From NCBI GenBank assembly GCA_963761395.1, contig CAVXHU010000043.1, positions 2,132 through 66,131 of the forward strand: a DNA stretch of 64,000 nucleotides, in the 5' to 3' direction. Shown piece after piece: positions 53,183 to 64,000 of this stretch. The first letter of the stretch is position 1. Every line of letters begins with the position of its first letter. A program made the translations under genes and the position numbers. This stretch comes from an uncultured Alphaproteobacteria bacterium (lineage in GTDB: Bacteria > Pseudomonadota > Alphaproteobacteria > Rhizobiales > Xanthobacteraceae). Below the pieces are notes generated by a model. It worked only from the letters and a program-made list of their open reading frames with translations, had not been told where the DNA came from and did no database searches.

Positions 53183-54238
53183 TTGCCAAAAAGCGCATCG
53201 GATTCGCCTTCGCTCGCTCCCAGCCGCAAACTTGACCGCGACATGCAGATCCCGCCCGAAACGCAGGTCGTCATCGACTTCGACGACAACCGCGCGGCCT
53301 CGGCGCTGGTCGGACCCTACGGACAAAACCTGGCGCTGGTCGAGCGCCGGCTCGGCGTCGTGGTCGATTCGCGCGGCAATCACATCACCATCGCCGGCTC
53401 GCGCGACGGCTGCGACGCCGCGCGGCGCGTGCTGGAGACGCTGTATGCGCAGGCGACCCAGGGGCACGATCTGGCGCAGGGCGATGTCGAGGGCGCGATC
53501 CGCGCCGTCATCGCGCAAGGCTCGCTGTTCGAATTCGACGCCAAGACCGTCAAATCGTCGTTCGAGACCATCAACTTGCGCAAGCGTCCGGTGCGGGCGC
53601 GCACCGCCGCGCAGGACTCCTATATCCGCGCGCTCAAGCGCCACGAGATGGTGTTCGGCATCGGCCCGGCCGGCACCGGCAAGACCTGGCTCGCGGTGGC
53701 GCACGCCGCGCAATTGTTCGAGCGCAAGGAAGTCGATCGCATCATCCTGTCGCGGCCCGCGGTCGAGGCCGGCGAGCGGCTGGGTTTCCTGCCCGGCGAT
53801 TTGCGCGAGAAGGTCGATCCCTACCTGCGGCCGATCTATGATGCGCTGTACGACCTGATGGATTCGCGGATCGTCGAGCGCGCGCTGCAAGCCGGCGAAA
53901 TCGAGATCGCGCCGCTCGCCTTCATGCGCGGCCGCACCCTGACCAACGCCGCCATCATTCTGGACGAAGCGCAAAACACCACCTCGATGCAGATGAAGAT
54001 GTTCCTGACGCGGCTTGGCGAAAACAGCCGCATGATCATCACCGGCGATCCCTCCCAGGTCGATCTGCCGAACGGCCAGACTTCGGGGCTTGCGGAAGCC
54101 GCAAAGCTGCTCGATGGCGTCGAGGGCATCGCCCAGGTGAAATTCACGGCCGAAGACGTGATCCGCCATGAGCTGGTGGCGCGGATCGTCGCCGCCTATG
54201 AAGGATTGCCGCAGCGGCCGGCAACCAGCAAAACCTGA
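53183..54238 (+). CDS. phoH: PhoH-like ATPase
   Basis: GPAGTGKT, RPAVEAGERLGFLPG, APLAFMRGRT, LDEAQN; TTG start inferred. Confidence 0.95.
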   Translation: MPKSASDSPSLAPSRKLDRDMQIPPETQVVIDFDDNRAASALVGPYGQNLALVERRLGVVVDSRGNHITIAGSRDGCDAARRVLETLYAQATQGHDLAQGDVEGAIRAVIAQGSLFEFDAKTVKSSFETINLRKRPVRARTAAQDSYIRALKRHEMVFGIGPAGTGKTWLAVAHAAQLFERKEVDRIILSRPAVEAGERLGFLPGDLREKVDPYLRPIYDALYDLMDSRIVERALQAGEIEIAPLAFMRGRTLTNAAIILDEAQNTTSMQMKMFLTRLGENSRMIITGDPSQVDLPNGQTSGLAEAAKLLDGVEGIAQVKFTAEDVIRHELVARIVAAYEGLPQRPATSKT

Positions 54239-54303
54239 TGCCAACATCTGCCGCCGAGAGCGCGCTGGAGGCGAGCTCCGGTCGCAAAAGAAATTCCGGA
54301 CCG

Positions 54304-54813
54304 ATGCCGCCCTTTGCCCTTCCCATCACCGAGGTTCTCGTCGTCGCCGAGTGCTGGCAGACCGAACCCGGCGCCGAAGCCGTCATCCACCGCGCCGTCG
54401 CCGCCGCGGCCGAGATGGTCGATGCGGGTATCGGTGAAGCCGAACTTGCGGTCATGCTGACCGATGACGCCGGAATTCGCACGCTGAACAGCAACTGGCG
54501 CGGCATCGACAAGCCGACCAACGTGCTGTCGTTTCCGGCCTTGCCGCCGACCGGCCCAGCCGGACCCGACGATGCCCCGCGGATGCTCGGCGACATCGCC
54601 ATTGCCTATGAAACGACGCGAAAAGAGGCCGATGACGAACAAAAGCCGTTCGATCATCATCTCAGCCATCTGGCGGTGCATGGCTTCCTGCATTTGATCG
54701 GTTACGATCACGAAAGCGACGGCGACGCCGAGACCATGGAAACCCTCGAGCAGGAGATTCTGGCGCAACTCGGCATTCCCGATCCGTATGCGGATCGGGA
54801 GCGGATGGACTGA
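54304..54813 (+). CDS. ybeY: rRNA maturation RNase YbeY
   Basis: DKPTNVLSF, LGDI, HGFLHLIGYDH; start may be 54238. Confidence 0.95.
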   Translation: MPPFALPITEVLVVAECWQTEPGAEAVIHRAVAAAAEMVDAGIGEAELAVMLTDDAGIRTLNSNWRGIDKPTNVLSFPALPPTGPAGPDDAPRMLGDIAIAYETTRKEADDEQKPFDHHLSHLAVHGFLHLIGYDHESDGDAETMETLEQEILAQLGIPDPYADRERMD

Positions 54814-54814
54814 A

Positions 54815-55933
54815 ATGGCGGACTCCGAACCGACCCACGACAATCCGCGCAACACGCGCAACCTGCCGGCGGTGGTGCCGCAAGGCGAAGTCGCGCGCCC
54901 CGCCGCCGAGAACTGGCTGACGCGCGCGATCCGCACGCTGTTCGGATGGAAGCCGGGATCGGTCCGCGACGATCTGCAGGTCGTGCTCGATGCCTCTACG
55001 CCGGACGAGGTGGGCTTTTCCGCCATCGAGCGCACCATGCTGCGCAATATCCTCGGCCTGCATGAACGGCGCATCGCCGATGTCATGATCCATCGCGCCG
55101 ACATCATCGCGGTCAAGCGCGACATTCCGCTGGGCGAATTGATGAGCCTGTTCGAAAGCGCGGCGCATTCGCGTCTGGTGGTCTACAACGAAACTCTCGA
55201 CGATCCCGAGGGCATCGTTCACATCCGCGACCTCCTGGCCTTCATGACCGCGAGAGCGCGCGTGCCCGAGACAGGCAAGGCCAAACGCAAGAAACCCTTC
55301 CCCGCCGGTCTCGATCTGCGCGCGGTCGATCTCGCGATGCCGCTCGCGGACGCCAACATCATCCGAAAACTGCTTTTCGTGCCGCCGTCGATGCGGGCGA
55401 TCGACCTGTTGGCCCAGATGCAGGCCTCGCGCATCCACCTGGCGCTGGTGGTGGACGAATATGGCGGCACCGACGGCCTGGTGTCGATCGAGGACATCGT
55501 CGAACAGATCGTCGGCGAGATCGACGACGAGCACGACAGCGACGAGCCGCCGGCGATCGTGCGGCAGGCGGATAATTCCTTCATCGCCGACGCGCGCGCC
55601 AGCCTCGACGACGTCCGCTCCGTGATCGGCGAGGATTTCGTCACCGGCGAGGCCGGTGAAGAAGTCGAGACGCTTGGCGGCTATCTCGTGACCCATGTCG
55701 GCCGCCTGCCGGTGCGCGGCGAAGTCATTTCGGGCCCCGGCAATTTCGAGATCGAAGTGCTCGATGCCGATCCGAGGCGCGTAAAACGCCTGCGCATCGC
55801 CACGCGCAAGGAACGCCCCGCGGTGCGCGCGCAGCGCGAGAGCCGCCGCCGCGAGGCACCGCCGGAAACAGGTCAACCCCAGGCCAATGACAATGCGAGC
55901 CCGCCGCCCGGCGATGGAGCCGGCTCGCAGTGA
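54815..55933 (+). CDS. CorC/HlyC CBS-domain protein
   Basis: DVM..R.DI, HSRL.VY, ALVVDEYGG.DGLVSIEDI.E.IVGEI.DE.D. Confidence 0.93.
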   Translation: MADSEPTHDNPRNTRNLPAVVPQGEVARPAAENWLTRAIRTLFGWKPGSVRDDLQVVLDASTPDEVGFSAIERTMLRNILGLHERRIADVMIHRADIIAVKRDIPLGELMSLFESAAHSRLVVYNETLDDPEGIVHIRDLLAFMTARARVPETGKAKRKKPFPAGLDLRAVDLAMPLADANIIRKLLFVPPSMRAIDLLAQMQASRIHLALVVDEYGGTDGLVSIEDIVEQIVGEIDDEHDSDEPPAIVRQADNSFIADARASLDDVRSVIGEDFVTGEAGEEVETLGGYLVTHVGRLPVRGEVISGPGNFEIEVLDADPRRVKRLRIATRKERPAVRAQRESRRREAPPETGQPQANDNASPPPGDGAGSQ

Positions 55934-57544
55934 AAACCACTGGCAAACTCCGCGCGGCCGGGCTTGCGATCATCCTGTCATGGGGATGGAAGCGCGCCGC
56001 CATTGCGCTCGTCGCCGGGGCACTGTCGGCGCTTGCGATGGCGCCGTTCAATGCATGGCCGGTGCTGTTCTTGACTTTTCCCGTCATGGTCTGGCTGATC
56101 GACGGCGCGGGCGCCGGGCGCCTGCGCGGCGTGCCGGCGGCGGCAATGGCCGGCTGGTGGTTCGGCCTCGGATATTTCGTGCCGGGATTGTACTGGATCG
56201 GCTACGCCTTTCTGGTCGATGCACCCACCTTCGCATGGCTGATGCCGTTCGCCGTGCTGGGCCTGCCGGCCTATCTGGCGCTGTTCACCGCCTTCGGCTT
56301 TGCGCTGGCGCGCCTGATCTGGACCAGGGACGCCTCGCGGGTGCTCGCGCTTGCCGCAAGCCTCACGTTAAGCGAATGGCTGCGCGGTCACGTGCTCTCC
56401 GGCTTTCCATGGAATGCGTTCGGCTACGCGCTTGAGCGAACCGCTGGCGCTGGCGCAGACGGCGTCGCTGATCGGCCTGTGGGGCCTGACATTCCTGAGC
56501 GTCGCGATCTTCGCGAGCCCGGCCGTGCTGATCGATGGAAGTTCACGCGGACGCAAACCCTGGATCGCGCCGGTGATGGCGCTATCGCTGCTCGTCGCCA
56601 TGGGCATCTTCGGCGCCGTTCGCCTGGGCCTGCAGCCGACCGCGACGGTCGCAAACGTCAAGCTGCGGATCATGCAGCCCAATCTGCAGCAGGACGTCAG
56701 GTTCAATTACTCCGCCAAGGCGGAGGTGATGCAAAAATATCTGACGCTCTCCGACCGCGCGTCCGGGCCGCAATCCACCGGCGTGCGCGACGCCAGCATT
56801 TTGATCTGGCCGGAATCGGCGTTCCCGTTTTTCCTGACGCGCGAAGCCGACGCGATGGCGCAGATCGCCGCTCTGTTGCCCAAGGGCACCGTCCTGATCA
56901 CCGGCTCGGTGCGCGCGCCCGATTTGCCGCCCGGCACAAAGATCACGCGCGCCTATAATTCGATCTACGTCATCGACCACGACGGCAGCGTGCTGTCGGT
57001 TTACGACAAGCTGCATCTGGTGCCGTTCGGCGAATATCTGCCGTTCCAGGACTGGATGGAGAAGCTCGGCTTCGTGCAGCTGACCAAGGTTCAGGGCGGA
57101 TTTATTCCGGGCACGCGGCGCCGCCCGATGGAAATACCAAACGCGCCGCGCGCGCTACCCTTGATCTGCTATGAAGCGATATTTCCCGGTGACGTTGCGG
57201 CGCGCGACGATCGTCCGGGCTGGATCGTCAACCTGACCAATGACGGCTGGTTTGGAATCTCGACCGGCCCCTACCAGCATCTGCAGCAGGCGCGGCTGCG
57301 CGCGGTCGAGCAAGGGCTGCCGGTGGTTCGTGCAGCAAATACGGGCATTTCCGCCGTGATCGATCCGCTGGGGCGGATCGTCGCACGGCTCGGTCTCGGC
57401 GTCGAAGGCGTGCTGGATTCCAGCCTGCCGTCGGCGATTCCGCCGACGATTTATGCACGCAGCGGCGACATTCCCGCCGCGATCATCGTTACCGCCGCCC
57501 TGATTTTCGTGTTTCGGCGGCGCGTTGCGAAGCGGCGTTCCTGA
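55930..57544 (+). CDS. lnt: Apolipoprotein N-acyltransferase (apparent +1 frameshift near 56432)
   Basis: EWLRG...GFPW..GY then, in the next frame, QPN, WPESA, YNS, YDK.HLVPFGEY, ICYE, TND.WFG, NTGIS. Confidence 0.92.
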
Positions 57545-57786
57545 CGCCGGCATATCAATGCCGCTTTCGGCGGTCGGCAAAAATCTCGACAGGCGGAAAC
57601 CCACCAGTTGACAGACCGACTATGCAATTCGCATTCTGGCGCGCTCGTCGAGACCAGACCCGGTCAGTTCGTTGTTCAAATTGTCTGCATTCCTCACCGA
57701 CGAGCAAGATTTGACGGTTTTGGCGCCCGGGGCATCCATGTTCGCGTTGCCTCGCCTCTAGGGCGTAATCCCAAGGAGTGCTGGAG

Positions 57787-58203
57787 ATGTCGACCAAAGC
57801 GCCCAACCCTGTTGACAGATATGTCGGCAGTCGCGTGCGCATGCGCCGCATCATGCTGGGCATGAGCCAGGAAAAGCTCGGCGAAGCATTGGGCCTCACA
57901 TTCCAGCAGATTCAGAAATACGAGAAAGGCACCAACCGGGTCGGAGCCAGCCGCATTCAGCAGATCTCCGAAATACTTCAGGTTCCGGTATCGTTTTTGT
58001 TCGAGGGAGGACCAAGCGGCACCACGAGCGCCGAAAGCTTCCGCGAAGGGACCTCGCCGGCTTACGTTTCCGATTTCCTGGCGACCTCCGAGGGCCTGGC
58101 GCTAACTCGCGCGTTCACGCGCATCACCGACGCCAAGCTTCGGCGCAGCATTGTCGAGATGGTCGAACAGATCGCCGCGCGCGAAGGACCCGACAAGCGC
58201 TGA
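57787..58203 (+). CDS. XRE-family helix-turn-helix regulator
   Basis: VG.RVR.RR...GMSQEKLGE.LGLTFQQIQKYEKG.NR. Confidence 0.93.
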   Translation: MSTKAPNPVDRYVGSRVRMRRIMLGMSQEKLGEALGLTFQQIQKYEKGTNRVGASRIQQISEILQVPVSFLFEGGPSGTTSAESFREGTSPAYVSDFLATSEGLALTRAFTRITDAKLRRSIVEMVEQIAAREGPDKR

Positions 58204-58211
58204 GCCGGCTC

Positions 58212-58308
58212 GTCATTCCGGGGCGCGAGCGCAGCGAGCGAACCCGGAATCCAGAGATGATCGCGCGCGAAGATTCCGGGTTCGCGCTAGCGCGCGCCCC
58301 GGAATGAC
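58212..58308. repeat. GTCAT-type element (GTCATTCCGGGGCG...CGCCCCGGAATGAC)
   Basis: Terminal inverted repeat plus GCGAACCCGGAATC/GATTCCGGGTTCGC. Confidence 0.88.
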
Positions 58309-58340
58309 GCTAGTTGAAATCCCCTGAAGGCAACAACAAC

Positions 58341-59471
58341 ATGCTGACGACAGCCAATCCCTTCGATTCCAAAGCCATCCTCGACGGCATCCGCCGCTGG
58401 GTCGAGATCGAAACCCCGACAGAGGCGCCCGAGCAGGTGAACAAGCTCGTGACCATGGTCGCTGAGGGCTATCGCGACTTGCCCGTCACCATCGAGCGCG
58501 TCACGGGTCATGGCGGCTGCGGCGATCATATCGTGGCGCGTTCGTCATGGGGCCAGGATGAGCCGGGAATCCTGGTGCTGAGCCATCTCGATACGGTGCA
58601 CCCGATGGGTTTCATCGAGCGTCTGCCGTTCAGAATAGACGGCGACAGCGCTTTCGGCCCCGGCATCTATGACATGAAAGGCGGAGCCTATCTCGCTTAC
58701 CACGCGTTCCGGCAGCTTTGCGCCACGGCTGAGCGTTCGCCGCTTGGCGTGACCCAGCTCTACGTCTCGGACGAAGAGATCGGCAGCCCGACGTCGCGCG
58801 CGCTGATCGAGGCCGAGGGCCGCAAGGCCAAATATGTGCTGGTCACCGAGCCCGCCCGTGACGGCGGAAAGATCGTCACCGGGCGCAAGGGCGTCGCGCG
58901 CTTCGAGGTTTTCGTACACGGCGTCCCCGCCCATGCCGGCTCGCGGCCGGAGGATGGCCGCAGCGCCATCCGCGAACTCGCCAATATCATTCAAACGCTT
59001 GAGGCGCTGAACGATATCAAGCGCGGCGTGACCGTCAATGTCGGTGTTGTCAGGGGCGGCACAAGGCCCAACGTCATTGCGGAAGAGGCCTATGCCGAAG
59101 TCGATCTTCGGGTTCCGACCACGGCGGATGCCGACGATCTGGTTGCCAGGATCCTCAGCCTGAAGTCGCGCACCGAAGGCGTCAGCGTCAAGGTCGTCGG
59201 CGCGTTGAACCGGCCTCCTTACGAGAAGGGCAATGCCGGCGCCGCGCTTTACGAACATGCCAGGACGCTCGCCGCCGAAATCGGCTTCGATCTGGTGGAT
59301 ACATTCACCGGCGGCGGTTCCGACGGCAATTTCACCGCACCTCATACCGCGACGCTCGACGGCCTCGGCGTCGATGGCAAGGGCGCGCATACCCATTACG
59401 AGCAGATGTATATCTCGTCGATCGAACCGCGGGCGCGGCTGTTGCATCGGCTGTATCAGACGCTGCGATGA
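58341..59471 (+). CDS. M20 metallopeptidase (glutamate carboxypeptidase-like)
   Basis: HLDTV, GPG.YDMKGG, DEEIGS, EP, AHAG, GGGSDGN. Confidence 0.92.
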   Translation: MLTTANPFDSKAILDGIRRWVEIETPTEAPEQVNKLVTMVAEGYRDLPVTIERVTGHGGCGDHIVARSSWGQDEPGILVLSHLDTVHPMGFIERLPFRIDGDSAFGPGIYDMKGGAYLAYHAFRQLCATAERSPLGVTQLYVSDEEIGSPTSRALIEAEGRKAKYVLVTEPARDGGKIVTGRKGVARFEVFVHGVPAHAGSRPEDGRSAIRELANIIQTLEALNDIKRGVTVNVGVVRGGTRPNVIAEEAYAEVDLRVPTTADADDLVARILSLKSRTEGVSVKVVGALNRPPYEKGNAGAALYEHARTLAAEIGFDLVDTFTGGGSDGNFTAPHTATLDGLGVDGKGAHTHYEQMYISSIEPRARLLHRLYQTLR

Positions 59472-60211
59472 GCATGGCCGCCCGCGACCCGGCGAAACGC
59501 GATGCATCGTCCGACGATGGCAGTGCCGCTCACCCGCACGGTTCGTTGTTCGGGCGGCGCAAGGGCCACAAGCTCCGCTCGCACCAGGCCGATCTGATCG
59601 AGCACCTGCTGCCGCGGCTTGCGCTCGACATCGGCCAGCCCGGCCCGTCCGATCTGGCTGACCTGTTCGACCCGCCGGCCGATGAGATCAGGCTCGAGAT
59701 CGGATTTGGCGGCGGCGAACATCTGATCGCGGAAGCGCGCGCCTTTCCCAATGTCGGATTCATCGGTTGCGAGCCCTACGTCAACGGCATGGCAAAAATT
59801 CTGACGCAGATCGAGGCCCATAACATCGGCAACATCCGGCTGTTCGCCGGCGATGCCGCTGAACTGCTGGCATGGGCGCCCCCGCATTCGCTGGCGCGGA
59901 TCGATCTGATCCATCCCGATCCCTGGCCGAAGCGGCGGCACTGGAAGCGGCGCTTCGTGCAGGACGCAACCGTCGCCGCCATGGCGCGCGCGCTCAAACC
60001 GGATGGCGAATTTCGCTTCGTCAGCGATATCGCAGATTACTGCGCATGGACGCTTGAGCGTCTCGCACGCTCGCCCGATTTTTTCTGGACCGCGGAGCGC
60101 GCCTGCGACTGGCGCCTGCCATGGGCCGATTACACGATGACGCGCTACGGCCGCAAAGCCGAGCGTGAAGGCCGCCACGCGGCGTATCTGCGATTCCGGA
60201 AGATCGGCTAA
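59468..60211 (+). CDS. trmB: tRNA (guanine-N7)-methyltransferase
   Basis: LEIGFGGGEH, GCEP, PDPWPKRRH.KRR, TRY..KA. Confidence 0.96.
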   Translation: MSMAARDPAKRDASSDDGSAAHPHGSLFGRRKGHKLRSHQADLIEHLLPRLALDIGQPGPSDLADLFDPPADEIRLEIGFGGGEHLIAEARAFPNVGFIGCEPYVNGMAKILTQIEAHNIGNIRLFAGDAAELLAWAPPHSLARIDLIHPDPWPKRRHWKRRFVQDATVAAMARALKPDGEFRFVSDIADYCAWTLERLARSPDFFWTAERACDWRLPWADYTMTRYGRKAEREGRHAAYLRFRKIG

Positions 60212-60220
60212 CTTCTTGGT

Positions 60221-60337
60221 GTCATTCCGGGGCGCGCGAAGCAGCGAACCTCAGATGTGCAATTGCACATCGGGGAATCTCGAGATGATGAAGCGCGGAG
60301 ATTCCGGGTTCGATGCTTCGCATCGCCCCGGAATGAC
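60221..60337. repeat. GTCAT-type element (GTCATTCCGGGGCG...CGCCCCGGAATGAC)
   Basis: Terminal inverted repeat, internal palindrome GATGTGCAATTGCACATC; lies between convergent genes. Confidence 0.88.
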
Positions 60338-60345
60338 GAACTCCA

Positions 60346-61428
60346 TCACGCCGATTGGCGGGTCTGCCAGAAATTCACCACCCGCTCGGCGGTCGAAGGC
60401 ATCAGGCGCGCGAAATTCACGCGCGCGCTCTCGATATCCGCTGGGGCCGGCACCCGGTGGCGGCCCAATCGAAGCAAGATCAAGGCGCGCACGGTGGCCC
60501 ATTCCAGGCCGATGGTCTTGCCAACGATCAGGATCGGATCGTGGCGATCGCCTGCAATCAGGCGATCGAGGGTTGCGATTTTCACTCCCGACATCGCGGC
60601 CAGCGCGGCGATCAATTCCTCGTATTGGTGGCTTTTGGCAAAGCCGAGCAGCGCGGCTTCATTCAGTTCCCCGGCGCTATGCAGCGCAAGGATCGTGCGC
60701 TGCGCCGGCGCGAAGTCGCGGCGGCTCTCGACGATCTCGGGGACGCCGGAGATTTCGCTCATCGCCTGCTTGATGGCGGCCTGCCTGCCGGGCTTGACCA
60801 CCTCGAACAGGCGGCGGCGGATGATATCGATCGATCCCGCCAGCAGATCCTTCAACTGCGGATCGGAGAGATCGTCGCGCTGGCCAACCGTGAGCGTCAG
60901 GACGCCATCCTGGTTGGCGCGCTTGATCAGCGTCGAATATCCTGCTTGCGAAAAAAGCGCCCCCGCATTGCCGGCGGCGCGCCTGACCGTATCGCGGTCG
61001 CCGCGGCGCACGATCACATCGGTGAGATCGGGAGATAAGGTCGGCCGCTCCGACATCGCCAGCAGATGGCCCTGGCCCTTGATGCGTGCGATTTCGATCA
61101 GAGCCCGCTCATCGATCACAGGCGATCGGCGCAGCAGCGGCCCGGCGATCAATATCTCGTCCTCGCGCGCGAGTTGCCCGACCAGGGTGCGCGGAGCGTT
61201 GGCGATGACGGACAGCCGCTCTGCCAGATCGGCACGCGCGGCGAGTTCGGTGTGAGGAACGAGACCGATCAGAATGCCGTCAAACAGATCGACGTGATCG
61301 GGCCGGAAATTCGCGGCCCCCGTCAGGAACAGTTCGGTGATCCGGCGGGCGGCCTCGGCGAGGCGTTTGGGATCGCCATGCCTGACGATCTCATCAAGCC
61401 CGGGGATCAGCGATGTCGCGACTGTCAT
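60346..61428 (-). CDS. DUF2336 domain protein
   Basis: LFDG.L..L, AR..LAERL, LA..DEI.IAGP.L..SPV, HL.A...R, N.GA.FS. Confidence 0.88.
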   Translation of the reverse strand: MTVATSLIPGLDEIVRHGDPKRLAEAARRITELFLTGAANFRPDHVDLFDGILIGLVPHTELAARADLAERLSVIANAPRTLVGQLAREDEILIAGPLLRRSPVIDERALIEIARIKGQGHLLAMSERPTLSPDLTDVIVRRGDRDTVRRAAGNAGALFSQAGYSTLIKRANQDGVLTLTVGQRDDLSDPQLKDLLAGSIDIIRRRLFEVVKPGRQAAIKQAMSEISGVPEIVESRRDFAPAQRTILALHSAGELNEAALLGFAKSHQYEELIAALAAMSGVKIATLDRLIAGDRHDPILIVGKTIGLEWATVRALILLRLGRHRVPAPADIESARVNFARLMPSTAERVVNFWQTRQSA

Positions 61429-61618
61429 GAAACGCACTCAAATCCCGCGCACAGGCGGGTTTTCCGGCAATTTAGGCGGGCTTCGTGAAGGAAGGGTTAG
61501 GTTTGAAACCGCGCCCGAACGGCCCAAAATCGCTGCTCTCGGGCCCCGCGGGCCTTGCCGGATCGCGAGAAAACCGCTATATCAGCCGCAACTTATGGTT
61601 CTCATACGATCGCGTATT

Positions 61619-61650
61619 GAGAGTGGGCCCCCCGGGACCCGCTCTTTTTT
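61619..61650 (+). promoter_or_regulatory. rimP leader hairpin / attenuator-like terminator
   Basis: GAGAGTGGGCCCCCCGGGACCCGCTCTTTTTT: GC hairpin plus T-run ~115 nt upstream of rimP. Confidence 0.65.
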
Positions 61651-61765
61651 ATTACCTGAACGAGCCCGCGGGAGTGCGACGGCGGGCGCCTCAGGCAGCA
61701 CCGCCGGACCGGCTTTCCGGCCCGGCCCCAAACCAACGCAAGTTAGACTGATTTTGACCCTGGAT

Positions 61766-62537
61766 ATGACCGATCCAACGACTGGTTCCGTGGACACCGA
61801 TCTGCTTGCCGAGCCGCGCCTGGTTGTCGAGCCGGGCATGGCGGCGCGGGTATCGGCGGTCGCAGGCCCGGTGCTGCAGGGCATGGGCTACCGGCTGGTT
61901 CGGATCAAGATCTCCGGCCGAATCCGGCTGCACGGTCCAGATCATGGCGGAGCGGCCCGACGGATCGATGCAGATCGAGGATTGCGAGGCGATCTCGAAG
62001 GCGCTGTCGCCGGTGCTGGACGTCGCCGATCCGATCGACCGGGCCTACCGGCTGGAGATTTCCTCGCCCGGGATCGATCGGCCGCTGGTGCGCCGTTCCG
62101 ATTTCGAGCGCTATGCCGGCTATCTCGTGAAGATCGAGATGGCGGTCGCGCATCAGGGCCGCAAGCGGTTTCGCGGCAAGCTCGGGGGCGTCGAGGGCGA
62201 TGCCGTGCGGTTGCATCGCGAGGACACAAGCGCGGGCGAAGATGCCGAGATTATGCTGGTGATGGAGGATATCGCGGATGCCAGGCTGGTCCTGACCGAC
62301 GAGTTGATCGCGGAATCGATGCGGCGCGGCAAGGCCGCGGAGCGCGAGCTGCGCCAAAGTCTCGGGCTTGAGCCGCCGCCACCGCCGCATGCCAGGAAAA
62401 GCGACCCCGCCAGGAGCAACAAGCCGAAGCCGAAATTGAAGCCAGATAAAAAGAACGCCCCGAAAAACACCAAGCAACACCGCCTCGCCGCCGAAAGACT
62501 GCGGAGAGGCGAGATCGATCCCACCAGAGGAGACTAA
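61766..62537 (+). CDS. rimP: Ribosome maturation factor RimP (apparent +1 frameshift near 61918)
   Basis: [11 protein letters not shown] then, in the next frame, TVQIMAE, DCE.IS..LS..LDV.DPI...[13 protein letters not shown]; directly upstream of nusA. Confidence 0.92.
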
Positions 62538-62540
62538 GCC

Positions 62541-64000
62541 ATGGCAGCTGTCAGCGCCAATAAACTTGAACTGCTGCAGATCGCAGACGCGGTCGCGCGC
62601 GAAAAATCGATCGACCGCGGCATCGTGATCGCGGCGATGGAAGACGCCATCGCCAAGGCGGCGCGGGCCCGCTACGGCAGCGAGACCGACGTTCACGCCG
62701 AAATCGATGCCAAGAAGGGCGAGTTGCGGCTGTCGCGTCACATGCTGGTGGTCGAGCAGGTCGAGAATTCGGCGAACCAGATTTCATTGATAGACGCACA
62801 ACGCGCCAATCCGGGCGCGCAGGTCGGCGACACCATCGCCGACACCCTGCCGCCGCTGGAATATGGCCGCATCGCCGCGCAATCCGCCAAGCAGGTGATC
62901 GTGCAGAAGGTGCGCGAAGCCGAGCGCGACCGGCAGTATCAGGAATTCAAGGACCGCATCGGCGATATCGTCAACGGCATCGTCAAGCGCGTCGAATATG
63001 GCAGCGTCATTGTCGATCTCGGCCGCGGTGAAGCCATCGTGCGCCGCGACGAGATGCTGCCGCGCGAGGTGTTCCGCAACGGCGACCGCGTCCGCGCCTA
63101 TATTTTCGACGTGCGGCGCGAAACCCGGGGACCGCAGATTTTCCTCTCCCGCACCCATCCGCAATTCATGGCAAAACTGTTCGCCCAGGAAGTGCCGGAA
63201 ATCTATGACGGTATCGTCGAGATCAAGGCGGTGGCCCGCGATCCCGGCTCGCGCGCCAAAATCGGCGTGATCTCGCGGGATTCCTCGGTCGATCCGGTCG
63301 GCGCCTGCGTCGGCATGCGCGGCTCGCGGGTGCAGGCCGTGGTCAATGAATTACAGGGCGAAAAGATCGATATCATTCCGTGGTCGCCCGACATCGCGAC
63401 CTTTGTCGTCAACGCGCTGGCGCCGGCCGAAGTCGCCAAGGTCGTGATCGACGAGGACCGCGAGCGGATCGAAGTCGTGGTTCCCGACACCAATAACCAG
63501 CTGTCGCTGGCGATCGGCCGGCGCGGACAGAATGTGCGCCTCGCCTCGCAACTGACCGGCTGGGACATCGACATCCTCACCGAACAGGAGGAATCCGAGC
63601 GGCGCCAGGCCGATTTCGAAAACTCCACGCGGGTGTTCATGGAATCGCTCAATGTCGACGAAGTCGTCGGCCAATTGCTGGCGTCCGAAGGCTTCACCTC
63701 GGTGGAGGAACTGGCGCTGGTCGACGTCAAGGAACTGGCCGGCATCGAAGGCTTCGACGATGAAACCGCGAACGAACTGCAGAGCCGGGCCCGCGAATAT
63801 CTGGAACAGCTCGAAAGCGAGCTCGAAAACAAACGTAAGGAACTCGGTGTGGATGACGCTTTGAAGACGGTGCCCGGCGTGACCTCGAAGATGCTGGTCA
63901 AGTTCGGCGAGAACGAGATCAAGACGGTCGAGGATCTGGCCGGTTGCGCCACCGACGACCTGGTCGGCTGGACCGAGCGCAAGGAAGGCGGCGAGCCGAC
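62541..64000 (+). CDS. nusA: Transcription termination/antitermination factor NusA (runs off the window end)
   Basis: ATG 62541 with GAGGAG RBS; [63 protein letters not shown]. Confidence 0.97.
   Translation, partial: MAAVSANKLELLQIADAVAREKSIDRGIVIAAMEDAIAKAARARYGSETDVHAEIDAKKGELRLSRHMLVVEQVENSANQISLIDAQRANPGAQVGDTIADTLPPLEYGRIAAQSAKQVIVQKVREAERDRQYQEFKDRIGDIVNGIVKRVEYGSVIVDLGRGEAIVRRDEMLPREVFRNGDRVRAYIFDVRRETRGPQIFLSRTHPQFMAKLFAQEVPEIYDGIVEIKAVARDPGSRAKIGVISRDSSVDPVGACVGMRGSRVQAVVNELQGEKIDIIPWSPDIATFVVNALAPAEVAKVVIDEDRERIEVVVPDTNNQLSLAIGRRGQNVRLASQLTGWDIDILTEQEESERRQADFENSTRVFMESLNVDEVVGQLLASEGFTSVEELALVDVKELAGIEGFDDETANELQSRAREYLEQLESELENKRKELGVDDALKTVPGVTSKMLVKFGENEIKTVEDLAGCATDDLVGWTERKEGGEP

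Noticed and set aside
61484-61502. CtrA box upstream of the DUF2336 gene (TGAA-N7-TTAG)
   Set aside because: Only a partial match to TTAA-N7-TTAA; not supportable from sequence alone.

Overview
GC-rich alphaproteobacterial chromosome segment. Gene order and repeat types point to Bradyrhizobium or a close relative (Nitrobacteraceae; inference). It carries the rpsT-dnaA-dnaN-recF-gyrB block, a tRNA-Arg(CCG), many metabolic and transport genes, and the conserved murJ-trpS-usp-nfuA-tsaB-rimI-fur-miaB-phoH-ybeY-corC-lnt-HTH-trmB-rimP-nusA block. Most notable: (1) a stand-alone ~95-aa GIY-YIG nuclease gene between dnaN and recF, bracketed by perfect 31-bp palindromic inverted repeats, with about 10 gene-less GTCRT...AYGAC hairpin elements elsewhere in the window, resembling an autonomous/non-autonomous REP-like mobile system; (2) an accessory stretch after gyrB whose genes are separated by three copies of a sequence-divergent but spacing-conserved three-hairpin unit (GGGTCA to GTGCCA, 89-90 bp apart), i.e. 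cassette-like; (3) a 67-aa predicted secreted peptide after the tRNA that joins an Hcp-like and a DUF4150/PAAR-like motif. Three further palindromic repeat families and three deletion remnants occur. Five single-base +1 frameshifts (including lnt and rimP) are probably sequencing errors. All product calls come from motif recognition by eye; no database search was run.
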